Source of the DNA: Bacteroidales bacterium
GTDB taxonomy: Bacteria > Bacteroidota > Bacteroidia > Bacteroidales > WCHB1-69
Direction: 5' to 3'
DNA length: 64,000 nt
NCBI GenBank assembly: GCA_017535665.1
Contig: JAFXTS010000019.1
Span: 54,531 to 118,530 of the forward strand
Position numbers and translations under genes: made by a program. A model generated the notes under the pieces. It had not been told where the DNA came from. It made no database searches and saw only the letters and a program-made list of their open reading frames with translations. The number at the start of each line of letters is the position of its first letter. Position 1 is the first letter of the stretch. This document shows positions 45,252 to 55,255 of this stretch, one piece after another.

Positions 45252-46193
45252 TTACTCGCTATACTCGTAATTTTTAGTCACAACAACAGTATAACGGTAT
45301 GGACCATCACCCGGTAAATCATCGTCATCTCTATAATACTCGCTAACATTGGTCCACACGTCTTCAACAGGGTATTTCCCTTTGTAAGAATAGCTGTGCT
45401 CAAATTCGTAGGAGTCCCCACCCTGCACCAATTTGCAATGGGTGATATTGTTCTTGGAGCTCATAATGGCCTGTCCGCAGTAGGATGAATTCAAAGAAAC
45501 CGCAAATTCATCCCAAATGCCACGGAAAGGATTTAATTTTTTATCATAGGTGAGATATTGGTGTTCCACAAAACCCTGGTCAACGCAAGAGAAATGGGTG
45601 ACATTATCCCCTTCCCACTCAAAAAAATATTCGAATGAGGCACTTCGTGTAGATTTGTCAGTTACGCCCAGCTGCGTGGGGAGGTCAAGTCCCAACACAT
45701 AGGAAGGCAAAGGACGAGCTTCCGCAGCCTTGCCCGTGAAGGCAGTGTACTTGATTCCTGTAATTTTATTTCCGGTGTGAATGATGTTATAAACAGCATC
45801 CAACGTGTTTTCTGTATAGTATTCTATGGAGGAAAGTTTTCCGCTCTTATATACGAAGTTCTTACGGCTTCTACCAGAATCATCGGTGATGGAGGCGAGC
45901 CGGTGCCCGTCGTAAATAAAATGATCAATTCCGTTAGAGCCACCTTCAGGATTACGGTATTCAATACTCTCCAGAAGATTCCCGTTCCAAGTCCACACCT
46001 GCCCCACATAACGGGGAGTCAAACTCTCATTCAACAATACCCATCTGCTTCCATCCCAATACTCCTCTTTCGCATAGTTGGAATAGCTGATGGTGCTGAT
46101 TTTCTTTTTCGGATTGTAATGTCCCTCTTTGTTACACGATACCATCACTGCGCAAATGGCGATCAATGCGATGAATAATTTTGCATGTTTCAT
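45252..46193 (-). CDS. Paralogous lipoprotein, copy 2 of the tandem triplet
   Basis: Lipoprotein signal ICAVMVSCNKEG. By eye it is roughly 40-50% identical to its neighbours. Confidence 0.8.
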   Translation of the reverse strand: MKHAKLFIALIAICAVMVSCNKEGHYNPKKKISTISYSNYAKEEYWDGSRWVLLNESLTPRYVGQVWTWNGNLLESIEYRNPEGGSNGIDHFIYDGHRLASITDDSGRSRKNFVYKSGKLSSIEYYTENTLDAVYNIIHTGNKITGIKYTAFTGKAAEARPLPSYVLGLDLPTQLGVTDKSTRSASFEYFFEWEGDNVTHFSCVDQGFVEHQYLTYDKKLNPFRGIWDEFAVSLNSSYCGQAIMSSKNNITHCKLVQGGDSYEFEHSYSYKGKYPVEDVWTNVSEYYRDDDDLPGDGPYRYTVVVTKNYEYSE

Positions 46194-46230
46194 GGTTTAA
46201 TAATTAAGATGAATATTATTAAAAAAAGGA

Positions 46231-47112
46231 TTACTCATAATCGTAAATCGTGCTTGTGCTGTACGATACTCGCTCAGTAGCAGAGCTGCTGGTGGAAGTG
46301 CCTGTTGCGACGGTGGGCACGTCGCCCTGATAGCTGTAGGAATAGTCCATAATGCTGATGCTGTTATCTGAATGGATCTCTACACGGGAAACATTGTTCT
46401 TAGAGACCATCATCTGAAAATCCAAACCGTCGATCTCCCACAATCCGCACAGGGGATTCAGCATTTTGTCGTAGGTGAAAAAACGTTCTTCAATGTAATT
46501 GGCGCTGCGGTACGTGCAGTGTTTCACATTTTTCCCCGACCACTCAAACTCATATTCGTAGGCAGTGGCCTTCGGGCCGTTTAAGCCATTCAGCCCTTTT
46601 TGTACGGGAAGGCCGAGATCCAGCACGCACGAAGGCAGCGGGTGGGTTTCGGTGGACTGGCTGCCGAAGGGAGTGTAGGCAATTTTGGTAATCTTACCGC
46701 CCTCATGGGTAATCGCGTAAACCGCCTCACGTTCAGAGCCGTTATAAACTTCAATGGAGGTGATTTTACCCTTCTCATAGATAAACTCATAATGGTCTGA
46801 ACCACCGTAGTTTATGCTGGCAAGCCTGTTTTTTTCATACGTAAAATATTCTGTATAAGACAACTGTCCCTCATGATAATAGTCGATGCTTTCCAGCTGT
46901 TTGCCTTTCCAGTTCCACACCTCGTTGCCGTCATCTCCGTTGTACTCTTCCGCCACCACCCAGGAATTTCCATCCCAATACTCCGATTTATATGAGTAGG
47001 TGTGCGTAATCTTGCTGATTTGTTTTTTAGGACCGTATTTTCCTTCCTTTGTACAAGAAACCGTCAGCGCACAAAGGGCAACCACGCTCACTAAAAATTT
47101 CAAAGTTTTCAT
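46231..47112 (-). CDS. Paralogous lipoprotein, copy 1 of the tandem triplet
   Basis: Lipoprotein signal LCALTVSCTKEG and the same conserved blocks. The start is taken at MKTLKF (47112). Alternatives are 47118 and 47145. Confidence 0.8.
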   Translation of the reverse strand: MKTLKFLVSVVALCALTVSCTKEGKYGPKKQISKITHTYSYKSEYWDGNSWVVAEEYNGDDGNEVWNWKGKQLESIDYYHEGQLSYTEYFTYEKNRLASINYGGSDHYEFIYEKGKITSIEVYNGSEREAVYAITHEGGKITKIAYTPFGSQSTETHPLPSCVLDLGLPVQKGLNGLNGPKATAYEYEFEWSGKNVKHCTYRSANYIEERFFTYDKMLNPLCGLWEIDGLDFQMMVSKNNVSRVEIHSDNSISIMDYSYSYQGDVPTVATGTSTSSSATERVSYSTSTIYDYE

Positions 47113-47142
47113 ATTCATCACATTTATTACAAATTCAATTTG

Positions 47143-47150
47143 CAAAAATA
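47143..47150 (-). promoter_or_regulatory. -7 promoter box (TATTTTTG on the minus strand) for the lipoprotein triplet
   Basis: CAAAAATA lies about 31 nt upstream of the start at 47112. The two downstream copies have no comparable box. Confidence 0.45.
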
Positions 47151-47251
47151 CAAAAAAAGTAAGGATTTATGAAATGAAAAAAAATTGGCAGCGCTCAAAA
47201 GCATAATTGTTAACAAAAGTTAATAGCGTTTTCAGATTGGGCAAAAAATTG

Positions 47252-47259
47252 TACTTTTG
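47252..47259 (+). promoter_or_regulatory. -7 promoter box TACTTTTG upstream of efp
   Basis: TAnnTTTG match 41 nt upstream of the ATG at 47300. Confidence 0.5.
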
Positions 47260-47299
47260 CACTCCGAAAATAATTAACTGTTAATTAAACAAAATATTT

Positions 47300-47869
47300 A
47301 TGGCAACAACTGCAGATTTCAAGAACGGCTTATGCATAGAGTTCAATGGTGATCTTTGGAAGATTGTTGAGTTCCAACATGTTAAACCCGGCAAAGGTCC
47401 CGCTTTCGTTACTTCCAAACTGAAAAACCTCAAGACCGGCCGCGTGCTGGAGAACACTTTCACTGCTGGTGTAAAGATTGAATTGGCCAACGTGGAGCGC
47501 CGTCCCTACCAATTTTTGTACAAAGAGGGTGACGACATGTACAACTTCATGCACACCGAGACCTACGAGCAGATCTCCATTCCTCACGACCTCGTGAGCA
47601 ACCCCGACCTGTTGAAGGAAGGCCAGACCGTGGAGATGATGTTCGATGCCAAGACCGAGACTCCCCTCACCTGCGAGATGCCCGCTTTCGTGGCACTGGA
47701 AGTCACCTATACCGAACCCGGTGTGAAGGGCGATACCGCCACCAACACGCTGAAGAGAGCCACCGTTGAGACTGGTGCAGAGGTGTTTGTGCCGCTGTTC
47801 ATTGAAACTGGTGAAAAAATCATGGTGGACACCCGTACCAACAAATACTCAGAACGAGTCAAAGAATAA
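47300..47869 (+). CDS. efp: Elongation factor P
   Basis: [37 protein letters not shown] is the canonical EF-P N-terminus. Confidence 0.95.
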   Translation: MATTADFKNGLCIEFNGDLWKIVEFQHVKPGKGPAFVTSKLKNLKTGRVLENTFTAGVKIELANVERRPYQFLYKEGDDMYNFMHTETYEQISIPHDLVSNPDLLKEGQTVEMMFDAKTETPLTCEMPAFVALEVTYTEPGVKGDTATNTLKRATVETGAEVFVPLFIETGEKIMVDTRTNKYSERVKE

Positions 47870-48852
47870 TGAAATTAGCGAATCCCATCTCTATTGACGA
47901 GCTTTTGGGCATCCTGCAAACGGAAGCCACCGTCAAGGGGAAGACAGACAACCGCGTGTGCGGTATTAATGAGCTGCACTCTGTAGAAGAGGGCGACCTT
48001 TCGTTCGTGGACAACGAGAAGTACTACGACCGAATGTTGCGCAGCAAAGCTTCTGTCATCCTGATTGATAAGGATTACGACTGTCCAGAAGGCAAGACCC
48101 TGATTCTCGTCAAAGACCCGCTGATGAGCTACCTGACGGTGGTGCGGAAATATATCCATTTCACGCCCCAGCAGGAGGCCATCCACCCGTCGGCGCAGAT
48201 TGGCGAAGGCACGGTAGTGCAGCCCTGCACCTTCATCGGCGAGAATGTCACCATCGGCAAGAACTGCATCATCCACTCAAATGTGAGCATCTACGCCGAC
48301 ACAGTGATTGGCGACAATGTGGTGATTCACTCTGGCAGCGTGATCGGCGCCGACGCCTGCTACTTCCAAAAACGTCCTGACGGCTGGGTGAAATTCGACT
48401 CCTGCGGCAAGACCGTCATCGGCAACGATGTGGAGATTGGCTGCTGCGTCTGTATCGACCGCGGCGTGTCGGGCGACACCTTCGTCGGCAACGGCTGCAA
48501 GTTCGACAATTTCGTGCAGGTAGGCCACGACACCTACATAGGGCATCGCTGTCTCTTTGGTGCACACTCGGCAATTGCCGGCTGCTCGCGCATCGAAGAC
48601 GAGTGCGTAATATGGGCCAAGTCGGTGATTAACAAAGATTTGACCATTGCCAAACGCACAACATTGCTTGCCCTTTCAGCCATTGACAAAAATGTGACGG
48701 AAGAGGGCACCGTTCTTTTCGGCACCCCCGCCATCGACGCCCGCCGCAAGTGGCGCGAGATGGCTTGTACACGACAATTGCCGGAAATGGCCGACGAGAT
48801 TTACCAACTCAAAAAGGAGTTGGCTGAACTGAAAGAACAATTAAAGAAATAG
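47869..48852 (+). CDS. lpxD: UDP-3-O-acylglucosamine N-acyltransferase (left-handed beta-helix)
   Basis: LpxD-type N-terminal domain ([24 protein letters not shown]) followed by hexapeptide repeats. The ATG overlaps the efp stop (TAATG). Confidence 0.8.
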   Translation: MKLANPISIDELLGILQTEATVKGKTDNRVCGINELHSVEEGDLSFVDNEKYYDRMLRSKASVILIDKDYDCPEGKTLILVKDPLMSYLTVVRKYIHFTPQQEAIHPSAQIGEGTVVQPCTFIGENVTIGKNCIIHSNVSIYADTVIGDNVVIHSGSVIGADACYFQKRPDGWVKFDSCGKTVIGNDVEIGCCVCIDRGVSGDTFVGNGCKFDNFVQVGHDTYIGHRCLFGAHSAIAGCSRIEDECVIWAKSVINKDLTIAKRTTLLALSAIDKNVTEEGTVLFGTPAIDARRKWREMACTRQLPEMADEIYQLKKELAELKEQLKK

Positions 48853-48858
48853 TTGCGA

Positions 48859-48886
48859 GAGGATGCCGAAAGCATCCTCTTTTTTT
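48859..48886 (+). terminator. Rho-independent terminator after lpxD
   Basis: GAGGATGC, loop CGAAA, GCATCCTC, followed by T7. Confidence 0.85.
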
Positions 48887-48896
48887 GTCCCTTTCC

Positions 48897-49346
48897 CTAC
48901 TTTTCTGGCCACTCTAACAAGATGGTGACCGGACCATCGTTGACAAAATCAACCTTCATGTCGGCGCCGAAGCTACCGGTTTCCACATGCAGTCCGTACT
49001 GTTCGCGAAGTGTTTTGTTGAAGAGGTCGTACAGCGGTTCGGCGACATCGGGCCTGGCGGCATGGATGAAACTGGGACGGTTGCCCTTGCGCGCGTCGCC
49101 ATATAGGGTGAACTGCGAAATGCTCAGGATTTCACCCGACACATCCGCCAAAGAGAGATTCATCTTCCCCTCCGCATCCTCAAAAACGCGCATCCCCGCG
49201 ACTTTCTTGGCCAAAAACTCCACTTCAGCAGGTGTATCTTCATGGCAGAAACCCACCAGCAGCATGAATCCCTTGCCGATTTTCCCAACCACCTGACCGT
49301 CGATGCGCACCTCGGCACGACTACAACGCTGTAATACCACTCTCAT
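48897..49346 (-). CDS. dtd: D-aminoacyl-tRNA deacylase
   Basis: [33 protein letters not shown] and SQFTLYGD motifs. 149 aa. Confidence 0.93.
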   Translation of the reverse strand: MRVVLQRCSRAEVRIDGQVVGKIGKGFMLLVGFCHEDTPAEVEFLAKKVAGMRVFEDAEGKMNLSLADVSGEILSISQFTLYGDARKGNRPSFIHAARPDVAEPLYDLFNKTLREQYGLHVETGSFGADMKVDFVNDGPVTILLEWPEK

Positions 49347-49349
49347 AAC

Positions 49350-50276
49350 CTATTGTTTTTTATCATGTTCTACATGCTGAAGTGCAAAAGCGCCAAAAAG
49401 TCCGAAGCCGCCTTCAATATTATTGTAGGTCTGAATCGGCTCCAACAAAAAGGTACTCAAGGCGCCCAAATCATTCAACGTGCTTTCATACAGATAACAA
49501 TGCTTGTCGAGGAAGAGAATCCACTCCACATCTTCATCCATCTCATCATCTTCCTCATAATCAGTGTCATATTCATAGAGATAACGCATAATTTTGCCAT
49601 CCCTACCCTCATCAGAGAAACAATTATAAACCTTACTTCCCTCATGCAACGTCATCAGGGAAAAATAGGTGGTGTAACGACGACTCATCTCAACCTCTGT
49701 CCAGTCATCGTCAAACTCCTCTTCCCAAAGTGTGCCGAAAGCGTAGTAGTTTTCCTCTCCCGCATAGTCGTCCCACGTCAGATAGGTGTCGTAATGCGGA
49801 TCATTGTAAAATTCACCGTCGTGTGTATCATTCTGATTGAGAATATGTTCCCAATGCAAATGGATGTCATGTGCAAAGGGAACTGTACATGTGGAAGTCA
49901 CTTCATCATAATTGCGTGCGATAGCGCGGATGTAATAGGTCTGCCCCTCTACGATAGGAAAATCAGCAGTGGGCAGCAGATAAAGTTTCTGAATGCTATC
50001 AAACTGTGCAGCATGCCAGTTTTGCTTGTCGGGAGAGAGTTCCACCACACCATCCCCGATGATTTGGATATCCTCTCGGCTGCCGCTGCCATATAGTAGC
50101 TGGGTGTGCGACAAGTGCACTTTCACCGTGTCCATACCCGGAAAAATACGGCAGTATAGCACCAACTTCTGCGTCTCATGAAGCTGGTCTTCAATATCCA
50201 CAGTCGAAATGCACCCTGTCAGCCCTACGGTAAGCAGGAGCAGAACCAGCATCAGAATTTTATGTAATCTATTCAT
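49350..50276 (-). CDS. DUF4249-like lipoprotein (partner of the upstream TonB-dependent receptor)
   Basis: Lipoprotein signal LTVGLTGC. About 300 aa, in the usual position immediately after a CarboxypepD_reg-type TonB-dependent receptor. Confidence 0.65.
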   Translation of the reverse strand: MNRLHKILMLVLLLLTVGLTGCISTVDIEDQLHETQKLVLYCRIFPGMDTVKVHLSHTQLLYGSGSREDIQIIGDGVVELSPDKQNWHAAQFDSIQKLYLLPTADFPIVEGQTYYIRAIARNYDEVTSTCTVPFAHDIHLHWEHILNQNDTHDGEFYNDPHYDTYLTWDDYAGEENYYAFGTLWEEEFDDDWTEVEMSRRYTTYFSLMTLHEGSKVYNCFSDEGRDGKIMRYLYEYDTDYEEDDEMDEDVEWILFLDKHCYLYESTLNDLGALSTFLLEPIQTYNNIEGGFGLFGAFALQHVEHDKKQ

Positions 50277-50291
50277 TATTAATAATAAAGA

Positions 50292-52718
50292 TTAAAAACG
50301 AAAATGATAAGTAAAGGAAGGAATGATGGGAAAAATGCAGACTTTCTTCAGCACTTGGGTTGAGGTATTCGTATTTGCATCATATTCACTATCAACAAAA
50401 TAGAAGAATGCGTTCTTGTAATTATAAACATTGTAGATGCTCACCTCGAAGATGCTCTCCCCTTTCTTTTTGTGGGGCACGATAAACTGTGCTCCGATAT
50501 CAAGATGATGGAAAGGTTGCATCCGGAGGTTGTTCTTCTCACTATAATTTTCCACATAACCCACATAATGACCGTAGTCTTCGTCATAGATGGCGGCTTC
50601 GGGGTCGGGATAGAGGTAATCTTGGAGGTACTGCGAAATGTTTTGTTCCTGATATACCGAGACGGGCAGCGTGACCGCATTACCCGTGGCGAAGACCCAT
50701 GCCAGCGACAGGTTGATTTTCTTGGTGGGACTGTACATCAGCACGATAGAGACATCGTGGCGGCGGTCGTAGCGGGCGAAGAACTTGCGGCCAAAGTTGA
50801 GGTCATCGAACTGCTGCTGCGTCCACGAGAGGGTGTAGCCGATCCAGCCGGTGAACTTGCCGGCATTTTTGCGCACCAGAAACTCAACACCATACGACCA
50901 ACCCTTGCCGGCCGTGACATTGTCGCTCCAGATTTTCTCAAACTCACCCGTTTGGTCGAAAATTCCCTCCAAAGCATCCAGGAAAAAAGAGGCGCCCTCC
51001 TTATAGGCTAGCACATTGTTGAGATGCTTGTAGTAGCCCTCCACCGAGAACGACATCGAGGGGTTGTACAGGTCGTAGTGCAAGCCGAGGGCGACTTGCT
51101 GCGAGCGTTGCGGCTTCACTTTCGCCGTAACGGGCACCCACAGGTCTGTAGGAAGTCCTATCGTGCTGGTACTGAGCAGCAACATACTCTGGCTCATCAT
51201 GGCATACGAGGCTTTGAGAGCGAGGTTGGGCAGGAAATTGTAGCTCATAGAGAGGCGCGGCTCCGGCGAGAAGTAGGTACGGCGTGGTACTGTGAAACAG
51301 GTGAGTCGAATGCCCGGGTTGATGCGGAACTTGTTGCGGATGTTGATTTCATCCTCCACATACAGCGAATATTCGAGACCATGTTCCATCTGTACCAGCT
51401 TCGAAGAGAGGGTGTCCTCCTTCAAGGAAATGGCACTCGGGCAGGACTGGTGGTAGGTGACTGCAGCACCCGCCAGCAAATGGTGGTGCGCATTGATGGC
51501 ATAATAGAGGTCATACTTGAGCGAAAAGTCACGGATTCCCGACTTGTAGGTAGATGAGTATTGATAATCAAGACCTTTATACTTGTCGTAAATGTCCATG
51601 GTATAGTCGCTGAACACGAAGGTCAAGTTGGAGAAAAGATTAGAGGTGAAGAGATGGTTCCAGCGAGCGGTGGCAGTGGCATTCTGCCAGTACAGTCCCA
51701 TCTTATATTTCTCTTTCTCGCCCTCATCCCTAAAAAACTCCTCCAGATGAAATTTGTCGCGACCGAAGTAGGCACTCAGATATAGTTTGTTTTTATCGCT
51801 GATATCGTAGTTGAATTTGGCGTTGAGGTCGAAGAAATAGTAGCCTGCTGATGAACCGGGGGATAGAATTTTCATGAGGGGACGTGCCAGCAGGTCGAAA
51901 TAGGTGGTACGACCAGAAATCATGAACGAAGCCTTGTTTTTCACGATGGGGCCTTCCACCATCAGGTGCGAGGAAATGATGCCTATACCGCCCTCACCAT
52001 GATATTCGGTTTTGTTTCCTTCCTTCATGTGGACATCAATCACAGAAGAGAGACGTCCGCCATAACGAGCTGGGAATCCACCTTTTACCAGTTCAACCGA
52101 TTTCATGGCATCACCGTTAAAGATGGAAAAGAAGCCCAGCAAGTGGTTGGCATTGTAGATGGTAGCCTCATCAAGAATGACAAGGTTCTGGTCAGGACCG
52201 CCGCCACGGACGTAGATGCCGGAGGTGCCTTCTGTGCCGGACTGCACACCGGGCATCAGCATCAGTGTCTTGAAAAGGTCTTTCTCACCAAATAGTATCG
52301 GGATGGTTTTCACCTCCTTGGCCGAAACCTGGACGGTGCTCATTTGCACATCTTGTGTCAAGCGGCGGTCGGAGATGACGACCTCTTCCAACATGGTAAT
52401 TTTAATCAGTTCAGGATTATAGGAATAGTCATTTCCAGCAGCAATAACTTGCAGAGTATCATTGGCATAGCCCATGCCAGAAAAAACCACATTGACGGTA
52501 TCCGTGCGAGGAATCTGCAATGCATAAAATCCGTAACTGTTGGTGACCACAGCGGTATGGCTGGCTGCATCGTACACCGTAATGCCGGGCAATAACTCCC
52601 GGCTGCCACGTTCATATACATAACCACTAACGGTGATGGTCTGGGCAGAAAGAAAGCCCCCTCCTAAAAACAAGAGTATGGAATAAAGAATTTTAGAAAA
52701 TATTCTTCTAATTTTCAT
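50292..52718 (-). CDS. TonB-dependent receptor with an N-terminal carboxypeptidase-regulatory-like domain
   Basis: Signal peptide, TVSGYVYERGSRELLPGITVY (CarboxypepD_reg), a plug region and a C-terminal beta-barrel ending in an aromatic residue (HFRF). The start was moved to MKIRR at 52718. Confidence 0.88.
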   Translation of the reverse strand: MKIRRIFSKILYSILLFLGGGFLSAQTITVSGYVYERGSRELLPGITVYDAASHTAVVTNSYGFYALQIPRTDTVNVVFSGMGYANDTLQVIAAGNDYSYNPELIKITMLEEVVISDRRLTQDVQMSTVQVSAKEVKTIPILFGEKDLFKTLMLMPGVQSGTEGTSGIYVRGGGPDQNLVILDEATIYNANHLLGFFSIFNGDAMKSVELVKGGFPARYGGRLSSVIDVHMKEGNKTEYHGEGGIGIISSHLMVEGPIVKNKASFMISGRTTYFDLLARPLMKILSPGSSAGYYFFDLNAKFNYDISDKNKLYLSAYFGRDKFHLEEFFRDEGEKEKYKMGLYWQNATATARWNHLFTSNLFSNLTFVFSDYTMDIYDKYKGLDYQYSSTYKSGIRDFSLKYDLYYAINAHHHLLAGAAVTYHQSCPSAISLKEDTLSSKLVQMEHGLEYSLYVEDEINIRNKFRINPGIRLTCFTVPRRTYFSPEPRLSMSYNFLPNLALKASYAMMSQSMLLLSTSTIGLPTDLWVPVTAKVKPQRSQQVALGLHYDLYNPSMSFSVEGYYKHLNNVLAYKEGASFFLDALEGIFDQTGEFEKIWSDNVTAGKGWSYGVEFLVRKNAGKFTGWIGYTLSWTQQQFDDLNFGRKFFARYDRRHDVSIVLMYSPTKKINLSLAWVFATGNAVTLPVSVYQEQNISQYLQDYLYPDPEAAIYDEDYGHYVGYVENYSEKNNLRMQPFHHLDIGAQFIVPHKKKGESIFEVSIYNVYNYKNAFFYFVDSEYDANTNTSTQVLKKVCIFPIIPSFTYHFRF

Positions 52719-52734
52719 TACTTTACAAAAAAAA

Positions 52735-53403
52735 CTAATCTTCTTTGCCAATGTGTTTCAGGCACTCAATCGTCTTCTCCGGATTGGTGGCTTTGAAGAT
52801 ATAATTGCCCGAAACCAGCACGTCTGCGCCAGCCTCCACCAAATCAACCGCTGTGTTGCCGTCAACACCGCCATCTACCTCAATCAGCGTATTGAGATTG
52901 CGCTTCTCGATGATGTCGCGCAACTCCGATACTTTTTTGAGGGCATTTTTGATGAATTTCTGTCCGCCGAAACCTGGGTTCACCGACATAATCAACACAA
53001 GGTCAAGGTCTTGGATAATATCATCCAACAACGCGACGGGCGTATGAGGATTAAGAGCAACACCAGCCAGCATATCTTCGTTTTTAATCTGCCACACCAC
53101 CCGATGCAGATGGGTAACGGCCTCATAATGAACGGTCAATATGTCGGCGCCGGCCTGTTTGAATTCAGAAACATAACGGCCAGGGTCGTTGATCATCAAA
53201 TGCACATCCAACGGTTTTTCTGCCAGTCCGCGTATGGCCTTCACCACGGGAAGTCCGTATGAAATGTTAGGTACAAACATTCCATCCATGATATCCAAGT
53301 GGAACCAGTCGGCTTGGGAACGGTTGACCATTTCAATATCATCTGCCAAATGACAGAAGTCGGCGGAAAGCATGGAAGGAGCAATTAAAGCATTCATTTT
53401 CAA
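52735..53403 (-). CDS. rpe: Ribulose-phosphate 3-epimerase
   Basis: IAPSMLSADF, HLDIMDGMFVPN and MSVNPGFGGQKF motifs. Confidence 0.95.
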   Translation of the reverse strand: MKMNALIAPSMLSADFCHLADDIEMVNRSQADWFHLDIMDGMFVPNISYGLPVVKAIRGLAEKPLDVHLMINDPGRYVSEFKQAGADILTVHYEAVTHLHRVVWQIKNEDMLAGVALNPHTPVALLDDIIQDLDLVLIMSVNPGFGGQKFIKNALKKVSELRDIIEKRNLNTLIEVDGGVDGNTAVDLVEAGADVLVSGNYIFKATNPEKTIECLKHIGKED

Positions 53404-53420
53404 AAGATTGTAATAATTGA

Positions 53421-54404
53421 TTAACGTTGATTAAAAGATTGTTCTATTAAATCGGAATAGACATCCGTAAGGTTCATCCCAATATAACGAATCTGGTTAG
53501 GAACGATACTCATGGCGGTCTGGCCGGGGATGGTGTTCACTTCCAAGAAGTAAGGAACGCCCTCGGGGGTGACGATGAAGTCGGCGCGCACGATACCGCC
53601 GCAGGCCAACTCACGGAACAGCATCTCCGAATAGTGGAAGATGACGTCGCGAATATTGTCGGGGAGGTCGGCAGGCGTAATCAGATCATGCTGACCGTCA
53701 GTATATTTCGACTTGTAGTCGTAGAACTCGCGCATACTCACGATTTCTGTGACGGCAAAGGCTCGCACACTACCTTTGATGCGACCCACGCCGCAGGTCA
53801 CCTCGCGTCCCACAATCATCTTTTCAATCACCAACTGCGAATCATACTTGAACGCCTCTTCCACAGCAGCTGCCAATTCCTCTTCAACATGTACTTTAGT
53901 TACCCCAACGCTCGAACCTGAGTTACAAGATTTTACAAAACAAGGGTAACCGCAAACTTCAGCCACTTTTTTCGGATCTACCGTTTCTCCTTTAAAATAA
54001 TGAAGGGAGGGTGCAACGGGGATTCCGAGGTTCTTGACCACCACATTGCAGTAATATTTGTTGAAGGTAAGGGCGGATGAGAGCATGCCGCAGCCCGTAT
54101 AAGGCATCCCAATCATGTCGAAATAGGCTTCCAGACGGCCGTTTTCGCCCGGGTTGCCATGAATGGCGATGAAAACCGCATCAAAGGTGATTTTTTTCCC
54201 TTTCAAATCCAAAGAAAAATCATTCCGATTCACCTCTACCACTTCCCCATCGGGTGCGGTATATGTCCAGTTATTTCCCTTCAAATGAATAAGATAGGGT
54301 TCGTAAAGATTTTTGTCGAGCATCTGATAGATGTTGTCGGCAGTTTTGAGCGAAATCTCGTATTCGCCAGAGTTTCCGCCCGTCATCAAAGCAATTCTTT
54401 TCAT
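53421..54404 (-). CDS. ddl: D-alanine--D-alanine ligase
   Basis: GGNSGEYEISL N-terminus and an ATP-grasp fold (EVNTIPG). 327 aa. Confidence 0.93.
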   Translation of the reverse strand: MKRIALMTGGNSGEYEISLKTADNIYQMLDKNLYEPYLIHLKGNNWTYTAPDGEVVEVNRNDFSLDLKGKKITFDAVFIAIHGNPGENGRLEAYFDMIGMPYTGCGMLSSALTFNKYYCNVVVKNLGIPVAPSLHYFKGETVDPKKVAEVCGYPCFVKSCNSGSSVGVTKVHVEEELAAAVEEAFKYDSQLVIEKMIVGREVTCGVGRIKGSVRAFAVTEIVSMREFYDYKSKYTDGQHDLITPADLPDNIRDVIFHYSEMLFRELACGGIVRADFIVTPEGVPYFLEVNTIPGQTAMSIVPNQIRYIGMNLTDVYSDLIEQSFNQR

Positions 54405-54502
54405 GATATTCGCATTATTAACGACTGCAAAATTACTACAAAAAACGAAGCGAAAGTCACGCTTTCACGACATTTGTGAACATAGCCCGTTGAATTATTC
54501 GC

Positions 54503-55240
54503 CTACTCAGACATACGTTGCCGCACCACCTCGAAGAGCAGCACGCCCGTGGCCACCGACACGTTGAGCGAGCGGATGGTACCCGCCATCGGAATGCGGA
54601 CCGTCTCGTTGCAGAGGCGCAGATAGTCCCATGCGATGCCCTCGTACTCGTTTCCCATAATGAGACACAGCGGTTTACGGTAGTCATGCGCGTGGAACAG
54701 GTGTTCCGCCTTTTCGGTAACCCCCACCACCTCTATGCCAGAATCCTGCAGAAAGCGAATCACTTCCACGAGGTTGGTGTGTCGGCACACCGGTACCTTA
54801 TGCAGGGCGCCTGCGGAACTCTTTACAGCATCCTCGTTGAGCTGGGCGGCACCTTTCATCGGGATGATGATGGCATCCACGCCGGCGCACTCTGCCGAGC
54901 GGGCGATGGCCCCGATGTTGCGCACATCCGTCACCTTGTCGAGGATGAGCAGAAACGGAACTTTGCCCTGTTCAAACAGGTAGGGCACAATGGCGTAGAT
55001 ATCGTCGTACTCGATGGCCGACATGAAGGCGACCACACCCTGATGGTTGCCACGGGTGAGGCGGTTCAACTTCTCGGCCGGCACATACTGGAAGGGGATC
55101 TTGCGCTCGCGCACCTTGATAAAGAGATCTTTGAAGAGCGGACCGCTCAAATCCTTCTGAAACAACACTTTGTCGATGGTCTTTCCTGTGGCAATAGCCT
55201 CTAAAACAGGACGCAAACCGTATGTAATGGACTCGTTCAT
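54503..55240 (-). CDS. rlmB: 23S rRNA (guanosine-2'-O)-methyltransferase, SpoU/TrmH family (RlmB-like)
   Basis: SpoU substrate-binding N-domain plus the methylase motifs NIGAIARSA, LIMGNEYEGI and IPMAGTIRSLNVSVA. Confidence 0.85.
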   Translation of the reverse strand: MNESITYGLRPVLEAIATGKTIDKVLFQKDLSGPLFKDLFIKVRERKIPFQYVPAEKLNRLTRGNHQGVVAFMSAIEYDDIYAIVPYLFEQGKVPFLLILDKVTDVRNIGAIARSAECAGVDAIIIPMKGAAQLNEDAVKSSAGALHKVPVCRHTNLVEVIRFLQDSGIEVVGVTEKAEHLFHAHDYRKPLCLIMGNEYEGIAWDYLRLCNETVRIPMAGTIRSLNVSVATGVLLFEVVRQRMSE

Positions 55241-55255
55241 CGTTTTTCAATTTGG

